Part shown: positions 50,901-53,473 of the stretch, one piece after another
Layout of the letters: every line of letters begins with the position of its first letter
Numbering within the stretch: position 1 is the stretch's first letter
Program-made: the position numbers and the translations under genes
Notes under the pieces: generated by a model
The model's database searches: none
The model's input: the letters and a program-made list of their open reading frames with translations, nothing else
Told to the model about the DNA's origin: nothing
Assembly (NCBI GenBank): GCA_017554665.1
Contig: JAFZHX010000038.1
Coordinates: 1-53,473, forward strand
DNA from: Alphaproteobacteria bacterium
GTDB lineage: Bacteria > Pseudomonadota > Alphaproteobacteria > Rs-D84
Reading direction: 5' to 3'
DNA: 53,473 nucleotides

Positions 50901-50935
50901 AATAAACCAAGTGTTAAAAATAGTATTTTTTTCAT
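47930..50935 (-). CDS. Secreted cysteine-rich protein G (1001 aa), tandem paralog of F
   Basis: It lies 15 nt upstream of F. It has the same basic N-terminal tract plus GCMDSFC, ECMQTTAGCGTDFSGC and DCIQSEDVCGKDYTNC. The block DPNDPDGSYDMCLSRPETML is identical to that in F. Confidence 0.85.
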   Translation of the reverse strand: MKKILFLTLGLLYATLDTTGVSAAARAGRPAGRGGAAPATSAGSNAKTTASKPVSARAATNAKTAPKAGAPAAGKTGGRTTSARSGTTPNAPAANTKAAPKTGAPAVSARAAKKQSVISTGTKVQEATQNTVVSEECRNKYEGCMDSFCMLDNESGGRCLCSDRNVELDAILLEIEKLDDLSYQMATLGVEKLEMGEDADAAIAKVNEVVNSIKDSNKPAVKEETKKKKTLDLSLWTTPMSFEDDEEDAFAEVETYVDPIDGKQGDELQKAAAKLCKAQMPECEKDINMLQMMYVQRIKSDCTAYENVMKQKKTQSAQKLQAAEKALRETAFEKEQNANKFDLGQCTIAFKECMQTTAGCGTDFSGCATISALDSTSTVRSTSKAAKNYQIRGAVSSIEVSASTYDALMAKKPLCETVLKQCTKVADQVWDVFMREVAPQLKSAELIAEDKSRQSCIGNVSDCFKKACKDNMDPNDPDGSYDMCLSRPETMLFACKVPLNNCAINAESKTAAMASPIWGFIVARLNAMRVDACSTEVRDCIQSEDVCGKDYTNCIGLDTYTIMGMCHRDKLTACYSSSYGDTVTEQEEYIYSVAQGLILNIDNKMIEQCQEAVNKAMIKTCGSTDSCESMSLPNGVGQHALEYKICQDDGSGNYSACVQDISLISDKVLLGEATLDDASQSYLDLADKYRKEAADLIDNGETLSGEVKLMMAKAMENRSKAHRVVTYDGPPMFSGVIDGTIKWNKITFSLEQPDANCEITLDVANNNKTQKHLCATGLSSAVGTAISSDKADAIASDLGSLKNAIMATIQSIENDPQVQYCMTGRKVQGLDKGKKITSENTDGEELEEGRFPGLTDSLKTIIAQTALRKAQANYDKKYKELQTKISEENVKLAQRIVEVRKAQELKDKIPVLAASCLGQAISIDGSGGDIQGEYSATSSNDEPYFKETTTITFNTSTLVCRKCVRKQNCTDKRGYKDCCKIDSRYCKAWEDPVEECTDTQY

Positions 50936-51025
50936 ATTTTATCCCTTCCATTTTTTTCCATTTTATCATAGAAAAAAAAATATTAAAAGTACTTTTTATG
51001 TTTTTATGAAAAATTTAATGAATTT

Positions 51026-51056
51026 AAAAAAAAGTCCTCTAACCAGAGGACTTTTT
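51026..51056 (-). terminator. rplQ terminator
   Basis: agtcctct-aacc-agaggact flanked by A- and T-runs. Confidence 0.75.
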
Positions 51057-51076
51057 ATCAAATCGCATTACAGAAA

Positions 51077-51520
51077 TTATTCTGCTTGTTCAGTAGCTGT
51101 TGTTTCAGCAACTGGTTCTGCTTCTACAACTGGTGCAGATGCTTTCTTTGCGTTCACATCACGATCAACCAATTCGATGATAGCCATTGGTGCAGCATCA
51201 CCATAACGGAAACCAGCTTTCAAAACGCGTGTATAACCACCTGGACGGTTAGCATAGCGTTTACCCAAAACATCAAACAACTTTTTAACAGTTGCTGCAG
51301 AAGAATTACCCAATTCAGATGCTGTCAAACGACGATTTGCAACTGTATCAACCTTTGCGCGAGTAATCAGTTTTTCAACGACACTGCGTAAATCTTTTGC
51401 TTTTGGCAAAGTTGTTTTAATCTGTTCTTTTTCAATCAAGTTTTTTGCCAGACCAATAAACAAGGCCTTGCGTGCATTTGTGTCGCGATTAAAAGTACGA
51501 CCTGCTTTCATATGTCTCAT
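51077..51520 (-). CDS. rplQ: 50S ribosomal protein L17
   Basis: [21 protein letters not shown]...[18 protein letters not shown]. Confidence 0.95.
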   Translation of the reverse strand: MRHMKAGRTFNRDTNARKALFIGLAKNLIEKEQIKTTLPKAKDLRSVVEKLITRAKVDTVANRRLTASELGNSSAATVKKLFDVLGKRYANRPGGYTRVLKAGFRYGDAAPMAIIELVDRDVNAKKASAPVVEAEPVAETTATEQAE

Positions 51521-51622
51521 CGATTACTCCTTTTTGTTGTTTCAGCCCTACTCTACTGAGCGGGATTTTTTGAGACTTCACAACCCGAATTAATCAGTAT
51601 TGTGAGATTTAAATTCTGCTCT

Positions 51623-51650
51623 ATTTTATACTAAATTCTTACATTTGCAA
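51623..51650 (-). promoter_or_regulatory. Candidate promoter in the rpoA-rplQ spacer
   Basis: The minus strand reads TTGCAA, a 16-nt spacer, then TAAAAT, about 100 nt upstream of the rplQ ATG. Confidence 0.4.
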
Positions 51651-51776
51651 GAAATTTATAAATTACCCCCAGCAGTCCAAGAAATTAAAAAATAATATTA
51701 CTGGAAGCGTTTGACGGTCGCAGTATAGTTGACCTACACAAAAACCGACAAACGCAACAAGAATCATATTTTTAAT

Positions 51777-52805
51777 TTATTTATACGGGTCTTCGTATTT
51801 CTTTGCCAATTCAGCAATGTTTTCTGGTGGCCAACCTGGAACTTCCATACCCAAGCCCAGCCCCATAGCTTCTAATTGAACTTTGATTTCATTCAAAGAC
51901 TTGCGGCCAAAATTTGGTGTCTTCAACATATCAGCTTCTGTCTTTTGAACCAATTCGCCCAACCAGTTAATCTTGTCGTTCTTCAAGCAGTTATTTGCAC
52001 GAACTGACAATTCCAATTCATCAACATGCTTTAACAATTTTGGATCAAATGGCAATGCATCTTTTGCAGCTTCTTCATCGTTCACAGAACCAATCTGTGC
52101 TGGATCTTCAAAGTTAATAAAGACAACCAATTGATCTGTCAAAATACGTGCTGCAAATGCAATTGCATCTTCTGGAGATACAGCACCGTTTGTTTTAACT
52201 GTCAATTCCAATTTGTCATAGTCTGTTGACTGACCAACACGTGTTTCAGAAACAGCGCTCGCTACATTCAGAATTGGAGAGAAAATAGAATCAACCGGCA
52301 TTACACCCAATGGCAAGCCATCCGCATGTTGAGATGCAGGAACATAGCCACGACCTGTTGCCAATGTGATTTCCATATCCAAAGATGCACCTTTGTCCAA
52401 TGTGCAAATTTCTGCATCTTTATTCATAACTTCGACACCACCAGAAGTTTCAATCATACCTGCTGTAACAACTGCTGGGCCTTTAACTTTCAAATAAGCT
52501 TTGTGTTGACCTTCGGTCAAGGCTTTGAAATATACACCCTTTAAGTTCAAAATGATATCTGTAACATCTTCACGAACACCAGAGATGCTAGAAAATTCGT
52601 GCTGTACACCATCAATTTTGATATAGATAGGAGCGCAACCTTGTAAAGAAGACAACAATACACGACGCAACGCGGTACCCAATGTCAAACCGAAACCTTT
52701 TTCCAATGGTTCAGCGATTAAAGTTGCAACGTTTGGATTATGTTCATCAACTTTGACAGTCAATTTTTTTGGCTTAATCAAAGTCATCCAGTTCTTTTCA
52801 ATCAT
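51777..52805 (-). CDS. rpoA: DNA-directed RNA polymerase subunit alpha
   Basis: [20 protein letters not shown] and the C-terminal domain motif [13 protein letters not shown] are present. Confidence 0.96.
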   Translation of the reverse strand: MIEKNWMTLIKPKKLTVKVDEHNPNVATLIAEPLEKGFGLTLGTALRRVLLSSLQGCAPIYIKIDGVQHEFSSISGVREDVTDIILNLKGVYFKALTEGQHKAYLKVKGPAVVTAGMIETSGGVEVMNKDAEICTLDKGASLDMEITLATGRGYVPASQHADGLPLGVMPVDSIFSPILNVASAVSETRVGQSTDYDKLELTVKTNGAVSPEDAIAFAARILTDQLVVFINFEDPAQIGSVNDEEAAKDALPFDPKLLKHVDELELSVRANNCLKNDKINWLGELVQKTEADMLKTPNFGRKSLNEIKVQLEAMGLGLGMEVPGWPPENIAELAKKYEDPYK

Positions 52806-52904
52806 ATTTTTTCCTTTTAGCTTAGTTTATTATTTTCGCCAAATAGCCGCACATACATCGTATGACGCAGGGGAAATTTTATATTACAAATACAAAAAAG
52901 TCAA

Positions 52905-52929
52905 TAAAAAACCGCCCAATCGGGCGGTT
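52905..52929 (-). terminator. Rho-independent terminator after gene H
   Basis: accgccc-aatc-gggcggt with a T-run on the minus strand. Confidence 0.75.
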
Positions 52930-52930
52930 A

Positions 52931-53473
52931 TTATTTCATTTGACACGCCATACCGGCTTCTTCTATTACAGAAGTATTCGCTGGTCCTAAATCCGCTGTC
53001 CAAGACTTTTGAACACCTTTGTTACAATTGGCACGACAATATCCATCAGAGTTTCCTTTTTTATTAAGAACCAAGTATTTTCCTTCTGGACAAGATCTAG
53101 CTATACATTTTCCTTTGTATATCCAAGAAGTTGCAACAGAAGCATTTCCTGGATTATCTTTTTTATATTCCTCCGGTGTACACTTGTCATGATGCTTACG
53201 TTGATTCTTGGCTTTCAAAGGAACATCATCCCATGTCAGTGGAAGCGCTGGAGTTGTTTCTACAACAGATGGAGTTGTTTCTACAACAGATGGAGTTGTT
53301 TCTACAACAGATGGAGTTGTTTCTACAACAGATGGAGTTGTTTCTACAACAGATGGGGTTGTTTCTACAACAGATGGAGTTGTTTCTACAACAGATGGAG
53401 TTGTTTCTACAACAGATGGGGTTGTTTCTACAACAGATGGGGTTGTTTCTACAACAGATGGGGTTGTTTCTAC
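52931..53473 (-). CDS. Repeat-containing protein H with a Cys-rich C-terminal domain; 5' end off-window
   Basis: The frame stays open from the window edge through the (PSVVETT)n repeats into ...PALPLTWDDVPLKAKNQRKHHDKCTPEEY... The C-terminal domain has 6 Cys. The ORF-track start at 53218 is only an internal TTG. Confidence 0.75.
   Translation of the reverse strand, partial: VETTPSVVETTPSVVETTPSVVETTPSVVETTPSVVETTPSVVETTPSVVETTPSVVETTPSVVETTPSVVETTPALPLTWDDVPLKAKNQRKHHDKCTPEEYKKDNPGNASVATSWIYKGKCIARSCPEGKYLVLNKKGNSDGYCRANCNKGVQKSWTADLGPANTSVIEEAGMACQMK
53249..53473. repeat. 21-bp tandem repeat, about 10.7 copies; coding, heptad PSVVETT on the minus strand
   Basis: The unit is tggagttgtttctacaacaga. 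The only variation is A/G at one position (ggagtt vs ggggtt), which is synonymous (ACT vs ACC, Thr). Confidence 0.9.

Noticed and set aside
50568-51206. A 212-aa plus-strand ORF, and similar ones at 50549..50905, 45084..45560, 45025..45396 and 41316..41731
   Set aside because: They lie opposite the GC-rich Ala/Gly/Arg low-complexity tracts of genes E, F and G. Stop codons are depleted in all frames there. These ORFs have no independent start signals, and one runs across an intergenic terminator into rplQ antisense.
53249-53473. Possible CRISPR array, at this site and at 1-112
   Set aside because: The repeats are directly abutting tandem copies with no unique spacers. The period is a multiple of 3, they lie in frame inside open reading frames, and no cas genes are present.

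Overview
This is an AT-rich bacterial chromosomal window with small, tightly packed genes. It probably comes from a host- or gut-associated alphaproteobacterium. The lineage call is inference only, based on a CcrM-type methyltransferase, an NrdR gene, a ValRS with PPPTVSG/HVGH motifs like the archaeal-like rickettsial class, and a secreted choloylglycine-hydrolase homologue.

Housekeeping genes I recognise with confidence are grpE, tpiA, a ppiD-like chaperone, slt, nrdR, ccrM, eno, ssb, tRNA-Gln(CUG), valS, pgk, rnhB, tsf, rpsB, rplQ and rpoA.

The main finding is that nearly half of the window encodes secreted or surface proteins.

(1) Eight genes at four loci belong to a cysteine-rich secreted protein family that I cannot assign to any named family. 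They cover about 15.2 kb, or about 28% of the window: 549-7097, 39496-41727, 44903-50935 and 52931 to the window end. They share short Cys signatures (GCMDSFC / KCLDSAC / ACMKSKC, and C-x5-7-C-x2-D[YF]-x2-C), a repeated 4-Cys Trp-containing mini-module, glycine-zipper-like hydrophobic segments and low-complexity spacers. One locus is a four-gene operon whose last product ends in an OmpA-type peptidoglycan-binding domain.

(2) Three autotransporters cover about 10.3 kb: one with chlamydial Pmp-type GGA[IL]/FxxN repeats, one of about 1700 aa, and one with a subtilisin S8 passenger (NalP/SphB1-like architecture).

My leading hypothesis is a disulfide-crosslinked, peptidoglycan-tethered surface layer or adhesin repertoire. 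It is untested.

Other observations:
- valS sits between tRNA-Gln and a 35/36-identical copy of the tRNA 5' half.
- Three or four accessory genes have consensus promoters placed so that the mRNA would be leaderless.
- Many bidirectional terminators are stereotyped (AAAAATCCCC-N4-GGGGATTTTT).
- There is an orphan VirB11-like ATPase.
- rpoA-rplQ is detached from rpsM/rpsK.
- In-frame tandem repeats run off both window edges.

All calls come from reading the sequence and the ORF track by eye. No database search or structure prediction was run.
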